A stretch of DNA of 61,871 bases, counting the filler, from Hausera hauseri (taxonomy: Eukaryota), in the NCBI GenBank assembly GCA_046269625.1. It is 11 parts of 11 records of this genome, joined end to end, with 100 filler letters (N's around TTAATTAATTAA, not from the genome) between each part and the next. Parts side by side here need not be neighbours in the genome. Positions count along the whole stretch, not along the records: positions 1 to 4,041 come from JBJURY010800867.1; positions 4,142 to 9,375 come from JBJURY010302611.1; positions 9,476 to 13,610 come from JBJURY010740099.1; 8 more parts are not named here. One strand, given 5' to 3'. Shown here piece after piece: positions 1 through 13,176 of the stretch. The first letter of the stretch is position 1, and each line of letters opens with the position of its first letter. Made by a program: the position numbers and the translations under genes. The notes below the pieces were generated by a model, which saw nothing but the letters and a program-made list of their open reading frames with translations, was not told the DNA's origin and ran no database searches.

Positions 1-3000
1 CAATAATTTTCGGATGAGAACTTGGTTTCGGCGTGAGGTGGAAATTCGTTGCATTGATACGGTTTTTCCTGAATGGTTATTGACGAGAATCTATAAATAT
101 TACCCAAGGTAGTATTTGCATAAAGTTTAATTGGGGTTGTCGCGTTATTAGCTAATCTGATCGGCACCCGACCCGAAGCAACTCTTGTTAATTCGTTACT
201 GAACACGATATTCGGATTTCATGTCTCCTTTGGCTCGACATATACTGGTCATCATCTTGACGAATTTGTGCATAAAACAACGTGTCCTTGTTGGAATATT
301 TTCATCTACCTGAATTGACATTTTTCCTAGTTTCCTGTCCTTTATATTTTATACTTCTTTTACTGGTCCGAGCTCTATTAATTTCCCAACATGGAAATCT
401 AATGCTGCATTTGGTAGTTATCTCAATAAATCACATCCTAATACTACATCGTCAGTTAGTTATTCCATTATGGAGAATTCGTGATTAAACAGTTGTCCCA
501 TCATATGCATTTCGGGGTTCCATTTATATTTACGTCTCAATGACTGCTCAAAAACTCTAAAGAAGCCTCAGTATGTTGCTAATGTGGATACAAGTGTTTA
601 CGCAGATTTTAATTGTCTTTGATAAATGACATCTCATATCGTGCATCGATTAAGGCATAGATTTCCTAGTCTTCAAGTCGAACCTTAACGAAAGATCTTC
701 ACTCTATTATTGTTCCGTAATGATTTGATGCAACTTTGGGTTGTTTTACCGTCGATACTTTATATCCGTTAATTCTAATCTCAGTGGAAGTGGCTGGTTG
801 GTTGGTTATTTGTTTTAGTTCCTCGATTGCATATACATTACTATTTACGCAATCAATAATTTACGTTCCGTGGTCCTTTATTATCTGTTGTTGTTCCTGC
901 TTGTGCAATAAATTATGGTCCATGATTCTTGAAAGTTAACATTTCCTGGTTTCGCAGATTTTCGCAAGACTTGGGTATTCGTGAATATAATATTCTATGA
1001 TTATCAACCGGTTGGCATTTGTAAGGAACAGACATTTTTCCTGCCTCATGCATTTTTCGTAATACACCACAGTGTTTTGTTCCTTCGTAAGGGACCCCGA
1101 TTTTTAATGTTTTTCTATAAATTTCCATTTGATATGTACTCTTTGATTGTTTGTCACAATTTTTATATACAGGTGCTGTTGGATGTAATATAAGCAACGG
1201 CAGTTTTATGACTGAATATGCTTTATGTCTATTTAATTTGGAGACGGCGACACTTCCCTTAGGCTCATCATCAACTGAATCATTCCTGCGCATATATCTG
1301 TTAATGATTTTCCGTCCATAATTGAATGTCAATTTTCTTCGTCTCTTACGGTTATGGTACCCAACATGCCGTTCTACGTCGCTTTTCCATTTAATTTTTT
1401 CGTAGGCCTTTACAAACTTACCAAAAGTAGTTATAATCTCAGTTAAAATTTTGCGTGAAAATCCTGTCAGTGCTTGAATTACGGCCTTGATTAGATATAC
1501 TAAGAAGTAAATTGACAAAAGTCCCTAGGCTACCTCTCCGAAGATTACGAATGTTCCCCAGATTTTGTATAAGATTTCTGTAGTTACCCCTTCATAGTCA
1601 TTGGTACCACGTAACGATTCCCATATTGCTTGATAACAGGAGTCTCCTATAATTGCGTGTAGGTCGATTCAGTTCATTCGTGCGTTGACGTGGAAATGCA
1701 AAAAAATTATCTAAATGCTTCGAATTCTCTAAGTCTATATATACCTTTCGTCGGCGTATCTTGAAACTTGCAGTCGGTTATCCATTTTACCAAAGTGGTC
1801 CGTCAGCTTTCCTGGTGCAGTGGTTAATCCTCCATTTGGTAGGTCTATACACTCAGTTTCACTACGTCTGAATATAGATTTTTCCAGACTCGCATTGCAT
1901 TCCTTTAGTGTCGTTGGTTGTGTAGAATTTGCAAGTGGAACTATGGTAAGTGGCATTGCCAGGCTTGATGTATTCTGATACAGCACCGGAAGTTCTTGCA
2001 TGTATCTTTTTTCTTCTACGTTAATCGAAATATCCTTTTTCTCGCATTCACAAGTCATTAAGACTTCACCCGTGACTCTACCGAAAAATCCTTCTTTCAT
2101 TGGAATTGTAGGTGATACTAACTCCGGATTTGCGTATATTAGTGCCAATTTGGTTTTCATAAATTTCATGTCCAATTTACCATTGATCGTTATCATCTTG
2201 TGATATAACTCGGTTATTCCTCGGTTACTGACCTTTATAATAGAAATAGGCGCCCCGATTTTGCAGGTAATTTTCGATTCGTACATCTTGTGTTTCTATC
2301 TTAAATAATTTAACATATCTCATTCTCTGCTGCAAAGAAAGCTTCATAATTGGCGGCATGCATCAGCACATCGCATTTCGTACGACATCCTATATTCGAT
2401 TACTGTTGGTAGGGGCCAGTTTATTTCTCATGGTAATTTCCTTGCAGCACTTTGGACTAGACTAATGGCCTTGTCGAAATCATTTTCTCTCGCCGGGTTT
2501 GTTTTAATCGCTTTCTTAATTCTTCTGTGATATTTTCTACTATAATCTTATCCATTAGAGCTTCATCTGTTAAAGTGCTTTTCGATAATTTAAATCGGGC
2601 ATTTTTCATTTTTTGATGCACTAAATATAATTTTCGCCTTTTCCTCCACTACGTCGCCTCAGAATAATTTACAATACATATCAAATATTTCATTAACTCG
2701 GTTAATCCTTCGTTTCCTAAATTAAGGGTGGGTATGGACTTTTGTCTCAACTCTTTAATTAAATCTCCGTTATAGTCGGTTTCTTCTCTCACTTTCCTGG
2801 GCCTTCCAACCCGGCGTTTCGGTTTTGTCTTCATCGTCACATGAATTTTGAGTGGGACTAAATTTATGTCGTATTGTTTGTTGTCCGCATCTCTTTGTAA
2901 GTTTTCAAAATGTGGACTCCCAATATTCGTCCTTCACACTGTTCAGTTCTGGCCTTACGTGTGGCCTCTTATTTAGTCTCATCAATTGCGACTACGACCA

Positions 3001-3130
3001 CTATACGATTTGTTTTCCGCGGAATAATTTCGACATCGATCATTAGTTCCAATTCGTCTAGTATTGTACCTTTAAAGTAGAGTCGGTAATTTACTTCGTT
3101 ATCCGCATAATTATTTATTAAACAGTTTGC
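1..3130 (-). mobile_element. Decayed copy of env-before-pol Ty3/gypsy element (family A): UBL/AT-hook region, internally deleted glycoprotein, tail, protease
   Basis: Minus-strand translations match the 21918-29203 copy: RLYFKGTILDE (~3050-3090), KPKRRVGRPRK (2649-2840 ORF), KTKLALIYANPELVS..GRVTGEVL (1735-2286), HPTAPVY (913-1518), EIYALIDARYEMSFI protease remnant (~620-670). Confidence 0.85.
1735..2400 (-). pseudogene. Chuvirus-like glycoprotein fragment (C-terminal ectodomain)
   Basis: Collinear and highly similar to the 24713-25357 ORF; contains stops and frameshifts. Confidence 0.8.
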
Positions 3131-4041
3131 ATAATTCTGTCAAGCTCCTTAGTGCCTCTTTGAAGAAATTTTATAAATGATTAACTAAATGTTAGATGCA
3201 GTTTTGTATTTTATACATTCTGATCATTGCAGCCATAAGGTCAAAACAGACACAGAGTTGGTGTGTGTGTTATCATATGTTCTTTCTGTCTGAATAAACA
3301 AAAGTTGGTTACGTTCTACGTCTGACGTAAAAGGTAACACCTTCAGGGGTGTAACCAGGAAGAGAAATACATTATAAGGTCAATTCATCAATATAGAAGT
3401 TTAGAAGAAGTGTTTTGCTAAGTCGCTGTTTAGATCCAGCCTGGACATGCTGCTGTGCTTTGTTTGGGCTTTCCTGATACTAGCTCAAGGCCTTATGCTG
3501 AGGCCTGTGCTGAGAATAAAGTTTTTTCTAGAGAATAAATCCAGTGGATTCCTGCTTTATTCAGACATGACATTTTTGAACGACGCTTTTCTACATATTT
3601 ATCAACATAGCTAGGATTTTGACAAAATGTAGTCTGTCTTTGGTGAATTATTTTGAAAATATAGATGCTATGCTCATACCTTTTCCTGTTGTTGCAATAT
3701 GATCATTGTAGATTATCTCCACACTTGCTCTGCCGTCAGGCAAAAATAGGATCAAAGCTAATTTAGGCGAATGGTCGTGCGCACGCTGCCACCCTGCACT
3801 GCCATGTGGATGCAGTGTAAATGTTGTCATTGGTTATAATGTGTGTTTTTACTGCGGATGTCGTGCCGGAGTGCAGTGGACGCAGTGTAAAGTGGGGGTT
3901 ACATTTGTTACATAACACATTTAGGTTCGGTTTTAGGGGTTTATCGATAGAAGAATTAAGAAATTTATATAGCAGTTTCGATGTAAGTGAAGCTAATATT
4001 TTGGTCAGCTGTGCCTACCACATCATCTGCTAAATGCAACT

Positions 4042-4141
4042 NNNNNNNNNNNNNNNNNNNNNNNNNNNNNNNNNNNNNNNNNNNNTTAATTAATTAANNN
4101 NNNNNNNNNNNNNNNNNNNNNNNNNNNNNNNNNNNNNNNNN
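4042..4141. other. Artificial assembly linker N44-TTAATTAATTAA-N44. Also at 9376-9475, 13611-13710, 21818-21917, 29204-29303, 33329-33428, 37795-37894, 46137-46236, 51544-51643, 55989-56088
   Basis: Identical 100-nt spacer with a six-frame stop 12-mer inside the Ns. Confidence 0.98.
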
Positions 4142-5433
4142 CAATGTATAGTTATCCAGGACATATTCCGCGATGGAATTATTGCCACAGACGGCAGGCT
4201 GCAACCGGGTGATCAAATTACCAAGGGATATTATAAACAGGCTATGTTTATCCGGAGACATGATCTACCTTACTGCTCATTGGGATATCGTGGAAAAGAA
4301 ATGGCCACAAACACTCAAGGAAGATATATCGACTTTCGTTATGGAGAAACCGGGAAATAAAAAATAGGACTTAAACTGGCCGGTAAAAAGAACAAGCCAG
4401 GCATTTATATACAAGAAGTATTTCCAGAAACCCTTGACAGTCAAGATGGTCGTTTGAAAAAAGATGATCGCATTCTGAAAATCAACGAAACCGATTTGGT
4501 ATTCGGTAATCTAGAGGAGGCTCTGGAAATAATAAAGCAAGCCAAAGACAGGGTCACATTTGTGATCTGTAGAATCCTGCGCCCTCAGACTCCGGACATA
4601 ATTTGGGCTGCCTCATTTGATATTGATAATTCCACACCCATTGCTACTTCAATGTCATTTCCAGGATTCAAATCCACATCGACATTTGGTCATCATACCG
4701 ACACATCATCCTTTTCTTTCAATGCGAGTTGCTTATCAAAATCCGTTTACTGGGAAGAGGTGGTTATTGTAAAAAAGACCAAGAGAATCTCTAGGTATTT
4801 CAGTTGCCGGCGGAGTGAATTCCCAACGTGGCGATACGTCTGTATATATCACAAATATTGCACAAAACAGTTTGCTTAAAAAGATCAATGGAATTGACAA
4901 AGGAGATATTCTACTGGCTGTAAACGAGATCGAGTTGTTTGGCCTTAGTCATGAGGGCTGTTGAAGCGTTACGACAAGCCAGAGATAACTGCAACAAGGT
5001 TCCTCACGTTTCCACAACAATTACCAACGAAAATTTCATTCCTCCTTGGTTATATTGGATAAAAGTTCCTGGTTACTACCAGATACCGCGATTCATTATT
5101 TTGGCACGATATGCCTTGACTGGGTCTCTCGGATTTAGTATCATTGGTGTAAATGATCCCTTCAGCAGCAGTACAGCTCTCAGCGGTTCTGCCGATTTAT
5201 TTATTTAGACTGACGCTTTGAGTGATAAGAAGTATTTCCACAGACCCATTATGATAAAGTCTATCGTGTTCGGTTCACCAGCTTACCAAATGGCCGTCTA
5301 AAATGCGGTGACATCTTGATATCAATCAACGACGTCTTGACGAATGTGTCACATGCTGAAGCCGTCAATCTTTTCAAATTTCAGCCAGCTCCGTTAAATC
5401 TCAGTCGTCTCCTGGCCAGGAACAATTGTTTAG
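4142..5433 (+). pseudogene. LNX: LNX (Ligand of Numb X)-like multi-PDZ gene, 3' part, intronless and disrupted
   Basis: PDZ motifs across frames: DGRLQPGDQI, IGLKLAGKKNKPGIYIQEV..DGRLKKDDRILKIN, LGISVAGGVNSQRGD, PPWLYWIKVP..GSLGFSIIG, GRLKCGDILISIN. C-terminus SVVSWPGTIV* (TAG 5431-5433) resembles LNX1/2 ends. Several frameshifts and an in-frame stop at 5206-5208. Confidence 0.8.
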
Positions 5434-6139
5434 TGATGGATCTCATTTCTAGCAAACAGCGCAGATGACAACGAGTTTCATCAAGCATTTACATTGCTCG
5501 CCTTACAGTTTTGTTTCCGATGAAAGAAATCTATCTCTTTGCTACGCATTTCTCTTTTTTTGCAATGCTAGTCCAGCGGGCAAAGTTGTTGTTTTGTCTC
5601 TTACAAAAATTGACAATTGTTTTAATGTTGGAAAATATATACACAAATTATCGAGTTGAATTTAAAAAATTTTGAATCTTTATTGTTGGCCATTGTGAAA
5701 TTTGGTTTTCATCGTTTTTTGGGAATTTTCGCTTCAGTTTCAATTTTCAGTTTGAGCATCACGTGGTTTTACGTATTGCATTGAGTTGTTGCGAACCGGT
5801 TTACATAATCATGGAAATAGCGGAGAACTTACTCAGACATTCATTTCAGCTTGATTAGGAATTTTCTATGCTCAATCACGAAAACAAAAGGAGAACTCTG
5901 CATCAGGCGAACTTGTTTGAAACGGAATCGTGTATATCTGATTTGTCTTCTCTTACTGAGTGCAGAGAATGAGGCTTTAACGACACTCGTAACATTCACG
6001 AATGTGATATTAACATGTATGGTAAGCACTTCACGGCTAGAACAGATCATAAATCGTTATATATGAAGACCGCCGACAAGCCAATAACACCACAATTCCA
6101 GACATAGCTAGGAAACATAGCAGATTTTAATTTTAATTT

Positions 6140-7404
6140 AGAATATAGGAAGGGCGAACAACATGGAAATGCAGATGGATTGTCGCGGTTGTATGAGGAT
6201 GTGCTCAGTGTCAAACAGGACATGATGATCCGAAACTAAAAAGGCACACGTGATCAGGTCAACCTTACAATGGATAAAAGACGAACAGGAAAAATGTGCA
6301 GAAATATACGAAGTGAAATGTCTATTAGACGACATTCTCAATATAATTGACAAATTGGAAATGACAGACGGTCTCCTTGTATATAAAGATCTGAACCACA
6401 GACTACCAATTGTTCCAAAAAATATGCGGAAGGAGAAGACAAAACGATATATTCAATATCACTTCACATTTCCCGGTTTATCAAAAGAAGTAAAAGATGT
6501 CATTGGAAAATGTGAAGAATGTTTACGTCGGAAAATCCCAACAAAAAAGACAAAAGAAAAGTTCATTCTTATTAAGAGTGATAATTTTCTGGACCAATTG
6601 GTAATGAATTTTGCGTATATCGAGGATAAAAAAAGCATGTATGAGTATATGTTGGTTATTATTTATCAGTTTTCAGAGCTGGTGAGTTTAAGAGAAATAC
6701 GGTCCCAGAGGGAAGAAACAGTTATCGCATGCATGTTGGTGAAATGGATTTACAGATTTGGAAAACCGAAGTCAATCTTGACCGACAACTTTAAGTGTTT
6801 TTCGGGAAGCAAATTGGGAAAGGTTTTCAAAGAATATGGAATGAAACAAATATCCAGCAGTCCGTTTCAACACCCATCTAACAGGTTGGCAGAAACGGTC
6901 ACCCGAACAGTTCGGGACATGTTGGTAACAAGTACAGCAGGAACGCTTGGTAGAGCATGGTAAACATCACTACAGAAAATTGAATTTTCGATAATTGCTA
7001 TGGTACAAAGCACAACGGGACACTCACCATTTGAAAATGATTTTAAACGAGAAATCAATTTTCGCGCAGATGGATGAGTCACAAGATAAAATGATAATGG
7101 CAAACTGACACAAAGTATTACACGGCATTACAGAGGGAGCTAACTAAATGGAAAATTTCCAGAGAAGAGAGGGAAACGAAATTTTGAAATTGGACAGAAA
7201 GTGTTCGTGAAAGTAGATCCTCAGAAAAGAAAAGACGCTTCTCAGTTCGAAGGACCGTATGGAATAATTCGACAAATTTCGCCGCATCAGTGGGAGCTGA
7301 AATATATGGAAGATAGTAAAGTGATTCGAGGAAGAGTGGAATGGTTGAAAATGGTGAACAAGGATCATAAAGGAGAGGGGAAAGTAATGGAGCAGCAAAA
7401 ATAA
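6140..7404 (+). mobile_element. Decayed Ty3/gypsy pol 3' fragment (RNase H end, integrase, GPY/F motif) with polypurine tract-like GGAGAGGGG at ~7372
   Basis: EYRKGEQHGNADGLSR; C-x2-C (CEEC); WIYRFGKPKSILTDN; SSPFQHPSNRLAE; FEGPYGII. Confidence 0.85.
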
Positions 7405-8149
7405 GTAATAAGTAAAATTATTTATTTTCAATTTGCTTTTATATGGGATTTAAAATAAATATATTTAAAAAACTTTAATTCGAATTCAACTTGATTTGAA
7501 ATGTGCGGCAATAAGCTGAGCGATACTCCGGATTTCGATCCGTCGATTCTGACGAGCAAAACTGTCTTTGTTCCTAATGTCCAGTATTTAAAAGAAAGAT
7601 TGATCAAAGCATGAGCGCTGGCTCAGTTACTAATTTTAGATTATCAGAAAAATACAAAGATCAGAACAACAAAAAGCTAGACATTACACAACCATGGAAG
7701 GCGATTTTATAGTTTTACTTGAACCAGCTGTAAAAAGCAAGTCCCCAGAATTGGTTTGCAGTGGAAACACCACATAAAGTGAAAGAGTAACAGAGAATAA
7801 TATATATGTTTCGAAAAAATCGGCAAACGTGATGAAATTGTTGCAATAATGGCTAAGCGATGTAAAAAGGCTCTAAACGATAACCCAATTTTGAATACCC
7901 AACTAACAACCTCTGAAAATATGTTAATCGGTAGCTTCAAGACGACTGCTCCAGAAGAAACCCAAAGATTTTAGATTTATATATGGTACTTCTCTCTGTA
8001 ATTTCAACATAACCAATAGCTTAAGTAATCAGTGTGGTTGGAGGAGACAAAATAAAGATATACGATTTTACACATTTGTGCCTTATGCGGAGAATTTAAC
8101 CGTTTTCAGTAAAGGATCGTTTCGGGGAAACATTTTCTGTATTCGATAT

Positions 8150-9375
8150 TATAGTAGTGGCAAAAATTATTGGGACAAAATCATAAAACACTGCATTTTT
8201 GTATTATTAGATATATTCTCGCTGCCACATGTTTTAGAACTAATAGTTAAATTTTGTTTTAACAAGGCAATTATTTTAAATTCTAGGAATGAATAATAAT
8301 TAGTTTCTATTGTAATTTTCTGCGTGTTTACCGTGAGTTTTTATAATTTTGACGTTTGGAGTTTATTCTAATTTTATTATTAAATAGAATTATGCATCGT
8401 CGTAAGGAGATATCAGAGAAGGATAAATGACAAATTGAAGCTTTGTTTAATTTTGGATGGATGTAAGAGAGATAGCGGATCAGACTGGAGTTCCAAAAAG
8501 TTGTGTAGGAAGACTTGTAAAGCATTTCAAGCAAACTGGGACCATGCAAGTTGAAAAGAAGACTGGACGGAAAAGCTCGTTAACGCCTAGATTGAAAAGT
8601 AGACTCAGTGTATTGGTGAAATCCAACCCATCGATTAATTCAGCTCAGTTTTGTGATGAATTAGATAACGTTGGAATATCATGCAGAAGGAGAACGATAA
8701 TATACTGGTGCAGAAAGATAATAAGCATAGAAACCTTTGTTAACACCAAATGCTCGTCAGAAACGACTCCGCTGGACAGTGAATCAATGAATACATGCCC
8801 TATTTAGTGACGGTCGAGGGTTACGTTGATCAGCAAGTATAATTATAATGGTTTTGTAAGACACTGCAAATTGCCGATATAATTATGGTTACATAAGCCA
8901 TCAGTGAAATCTACACGAGACATAATTGTCTGGAGATCAATGTCGCCCATGGCAGAGGTTCCTTAGTTTTCATTGAAAAGGGGCAAGCAATGAACTCCGA
9001 GAAGTACATTGAGATGTTAAATGAACGTTTGGAGAGGACAATGGAAATTCACGGAACGAACATATTCCAGCAAGACTTAGCTCCTTGCCATTCTTCAAAA
9101 ATGGTGAAAACATGGTTCCGGACCCACAGTATTTGCACCCTTCCATGGCCGGGAAACTCTCCAGACCTATTCTCCATAGAGAATTTATGGACGATAATGA
9201 AAGTCAAGGTCACCCAACATCATCCACGAACTGATCAAGAACTCATCGATGCACTTAAAATGGTATGGACCCAAGAAATCTCGAGAGAAATGTGTGAAAA
9301 TTGATAAAATCAATGCCACGGAGAATAGGTAAGATGATCAACAATCATGGTTTCATAACTAAATACTGACATCAC
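8150..9375 (+). mobile_element. Tc1/mariner DNA transposon (DD34E-type), decayed. Transposase ~8392-9369; probable left TIR from ~8152 after TA; right end lost in gap
   Basis: HTH region REIADQTGVPKSCVGR..KKTGRK; IFQQDLAPCH; WPGNSPDLFSIENLW; SMPRRI..TKY*; TA-TAGTAGTGGCAAAAATTATTGGGACA resembles Tc1 TIRs. Confidence 0.9.
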
Positions 9376-9596
9376 NNNNNNNNNNNNNNNNNNNNNNNNN
9401 NNNNNNNNNNNNNNNNNNNTTAATTAATTAANNNNNNNNNNNNNNNNNNNNNNNNNNNNNNNNNNNNNNNNNNNNGTAATGTGGGATATAGGATAAAGCC
9501 AAGTAAAACTAAGTAACTACTATATAGGATAAGACCAACTAATTTCATAACACATTTATTTCGTAACAATATAACTTTGACATAACGCTAAACACT

Positions 9597-10306
9597 TTAG
9601 TGTATGTGTGATTGTATGCATGTTTGCACATGCTAAGATATGTCTGTGTGCATATTCATGTGTTTGTCTGTGTGTGTAAGTAAAGATGTGAGTAACTTGA
9701 GAAATGAATATTTAAAATATATGTCTGTGTGTCTGTATGCTTGTTTGTGCTTGTAAAATGTAATTAACATGAGAAAAGGTATATCTCAGATATATGTTCG
9801 TATGCTTGTGCATGTACTTTTCTGTGCATGCAAAATGTAAGTAACCTGAGAAAAGCTATATGCTTATACTTGTAAAGTGCAACCAACCTAAGAAAAGCTG
9901 TATCTCGGGTATATGTCTGTGTTTTCCTGTGTGCGTGCATGCAAAATGCGAGGAACTTTGGAAAACGTATAGCTCAGATATATGTTGTGTCTTTGTGTAT
10001 TTGTATGTCTGTGCATGTAAGTAATCTAGGAAAGGAATGGCTCAAATATGTGTCACGTGTGCATGTTTGTGTGTGGGTAAAATGCGAGCAACTAGAGAAA
10101 TGACTTATTAAGAAATATGGTGTGTGTATGTGCCTATGTGAGTAAAATGCAATTAACCTGAGAAAAGGTATATGCCAGATATATGCCTGTATGCTTGTGC
10201 TTGTAAAGTGCAACTAATCTTAGAAAAGGTATATCTCAGGTATATGTCTGTGTATTGCATGTGCATATCTGTGCTTGTAAAGTGTAAGTAACCTGAGAAA
10301 AGGTAT
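9597..10306. repeat. Degenerate minisatellite, ~55-65 bp units (core GTAAGTAACCTGAGAAAAGGTATATCTCAG plus TG-rich spacer)
   Basis: Core recurs roughly a dozen times with variation. Confidence 0.85.
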
Positions 10307-13176
10307 GCCATACCCACATATATGGGTTTATTAAATACCAAGGATGTTTTTAGCTTATGGATGCTGACCAAGTTCTCGGTATATATGGTGCTGCTGTGGA
10401 AGTAAGGCTTTGTAATAAGCTTCTTTGACCGCTTCCACTCAGAAACCAGCTCGATGTTGATCTTGTTGCGGATTTTCTCCATCATCTTGCCAAAAGCGCT
10501 GTTGTTGTAAAGCTTGAACTGATCCTTCTCAAAGTCGTTCTTGGCATTTGTCCGCAACTTGGTATTGAGATCTATGTAGGGCTGCAGCCACATGGACTGG
10601 CTGAACTGCAGGGCTCTATGGATTTTTGTGATGCGGAGTCCATGTCTAACTGCCTGCTGGAGATTGATGTAGTGAACTACGTACCTCTCCCTATTACCAA
10701 GATTGCAGAGCAGCTTTTTCTGCTTTCCATGGGGCGGAGGCCTGCTTTCCGGGAGGAAAGGCAACTGTTGATGCCTTGTGTGGATAGAAGCCGGATATTC
10801 CATATCTACCTCCAGTATGTATCTCGTATCTCCAGTGAGATCCAGGTCCAATATAGGGTGTTTTCAGGATTCTTGACCCATTTTGAGTTATCATACGGCA
10901 ATAGGTTGCTCATTGCCCATCCATACAAGTTGATGGCATCCAGGTATGATATATATGAGCATTCCTTAGATGGATCATACTAGACCATATACTTGTTGTT
11001 GGCCTCGTTATACCGATGAATGGCGTGGCATATTCCGCCTCTAATGCCTCTCTCGATCATAAGGATTATATCATAATCCTTAATGATCTGCAGCCTTATG
11101 CCGGTATATCTCAGCATATCTGCCCAACTCATCCCTGGAGCCGTAAAGAAATGGGCCGGATTCAATACATGACTCTTCACTGTAACATCCCTGAAGCTAT
11201 CAAAGACATCTGTTAGCAGCAGCACGTCCGTCTTTAGGTATATGTCGTTGTATTCCCCTATTGTCAAGCATTGGAATGCCTACCAGACGTTCTGAGCATG
11301 CTAGTAGTCAGCATCACTGATATCACAGTGCGATAGTTGGCTATAACAGCCATCCTTTGGTGGTAATGAGGTCTCATCCAGTGTTTCCCATGAGGTTATG
11401 TAGTTATAGGGAAACACTCCTTTCCTTTTAACCAGGTTAAATGCAGTGGGAAAGAATCGCTTCGTTTCCTTGAGTTCTTGTGCACGGAGGTTCTTCACTA
11501 AATTATCCAGTGAAGACGACATGAAACGGAAACTGTCTATGAAGCGAAGCCTGATCCTTCCAACATGCTTAGTGAACGTGATGTATTTTTCCTAACTACT
11601 GTGAATGACATCTATATTACAATCAATGTTGCCCAGTTCCCAAATAATGAAGTGGGAATAATAGCCACTGAGATTATGGAACTCTACAGGTGCATATGTA
11701 CATGTTTTGCAGCGAATATTGCAGTTATTGCATGCTGCGCCCGGATATGCACCTGTAAAATGGCAATGATCCCTGACTTTATGATTATCCTTGGTGAAGG
11801 GCTTGTTGCACAAGTAACATGTTGTTGCCTTGCGCCATTCATCTTCTTGCTGCCTCGACATGCTCATTGTATCTTTATGCTGCTGAAACATGTTTTCACG
11901 TCTATGAGCCATGTCTTCAAGTCGTTTCATGAAATGAGCTGCTGCACCGGGACCTCAGAATAGAAATGGTTCACTGTCCAGTCCTTTGGCATACATGCAA
12001 TACGATGAGAGTTCATGATATTGATATGCCGTTATGCTGCTATGTTGAAGACTGCGAGTGCAGCTGTAAATCGGACGGCGAATAGCTTCAAAGTCGCAAT
12101 AAATAACTATTGGGACCTTGATCTTCTTCTCGAACTCCATTCCGGAAACTGTATATAGGAGCTGCCCCGCATAAGAGAGTACTTTTGCACATACATAAGC
12201 AATCTCTTGATGATTGACACAGTCCATCCACTCTTCTTATTCTGGCTGTCATCGGCTTCACGGATCAGCTTCCCATGTTCCTCACTAAGCCATTCCACTA
12301 TATTTGTGTTTTCCAATATGGGTCTATTTCTGGTCTTGTAGGTCCTTTTGGAATCTTTGCTATCAACATTGACGTATGTGGCCTCCAGTCTCATATTGAC
12401 TTTAAGGGCTTTGAGTTCAATCATATTGTCCTGAACAATCCCCTCTGTTTCTTCCTTTGTGTACTCCAGGAATTCCTTGATGGTTGTTTTACCAGTTGAT
12501 TTAATGACATATTTGCGGTATTTCCCCTTTAATGCTGCAGCATCAACTGGCCGCTGCCTTTGGCTTTTTATTGCAGCCGCTACTTCTGATACGCCTAATG
12601 CGCGTTTTAGTTTTGCATATGGCTGTACTGCAGGCTGTGGTACAGAAGGCTTATGTTCATTAAAGGTGATCTTCTTTGACTTTGATGCGAAGTCAGTCAA
12701 ATGATGTTTGTGATCTTCATAAAACTGTATGTATTCTCCATCACATACAGCCTCACATCCTGGGCAGATATAATAAATGGTCCTATTGGATTTGTGACCA
12801 TAATAGCTCCTAATGGTATTGTGGCAATTCTGAGTGTTGTGTATTACACATGTGCAATACACATATGAACTGCATCTCTGATTTTCCTTTAAAGTCGTTA
12901 TTGGCATATTGGTACTGAATATTTGTTTTTTCGACTTGGTGAAGGAAATCAAGTTCTGTTTATGGGCATTGTAAAAGTCTTCATAATTGGATTGGCACAC
13001 TACCTCACATGTACGGCATATATAATACTGAATCCTGTTTTACATATGGCCAAAGTACTTCTTCATAACACTGTGGCAATTTTCAGGCTCATAGATTTGA
13101 GCCAACTATTCGCTGTAGAGTTTGGACATCTAAAAATCAATCAAATATTTGAGGAGCACAAATAAAAACTCACCAT
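10306..13176 (-). pseudogene. pPolB: Polinton/Maverick protein-primed family B DNA polymerase with endonuclease VII-like insert, disrupted and 3'-truncated
   Basis: IYCDFEA (exo I), KVRDHCHFTGAYPGAACNNCN, FHNLSGY, RKGVFPYNY, YLKTDVLLL, GIRGG, YLDAINLYGWAM, KLYNNSAFGK, KPIYVG. Confidence 0.92.

Noticed and set aside
3350-3571. Solo LTR (TGTAACC...ATGACA with AATAAA)
   Set aside because: No TSD and no second copy in the window, so it cannot be supported or tied to the env-pol element.
4086-4097. Recurrent TTAATTAATTAA palindrome every 4-8 kb
   Set aside because: Always embedded in Ns with fixed spacing, so it is an assembly linker. ORFs containing X runs are artefacts.
9597-10306. CRISPR-like repeat-spacer appearance
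   Set aside because: Eukaryotic context, degenerate repeats, mutually similar TG-rich spacers and no cas genes. It is a minisatellite.
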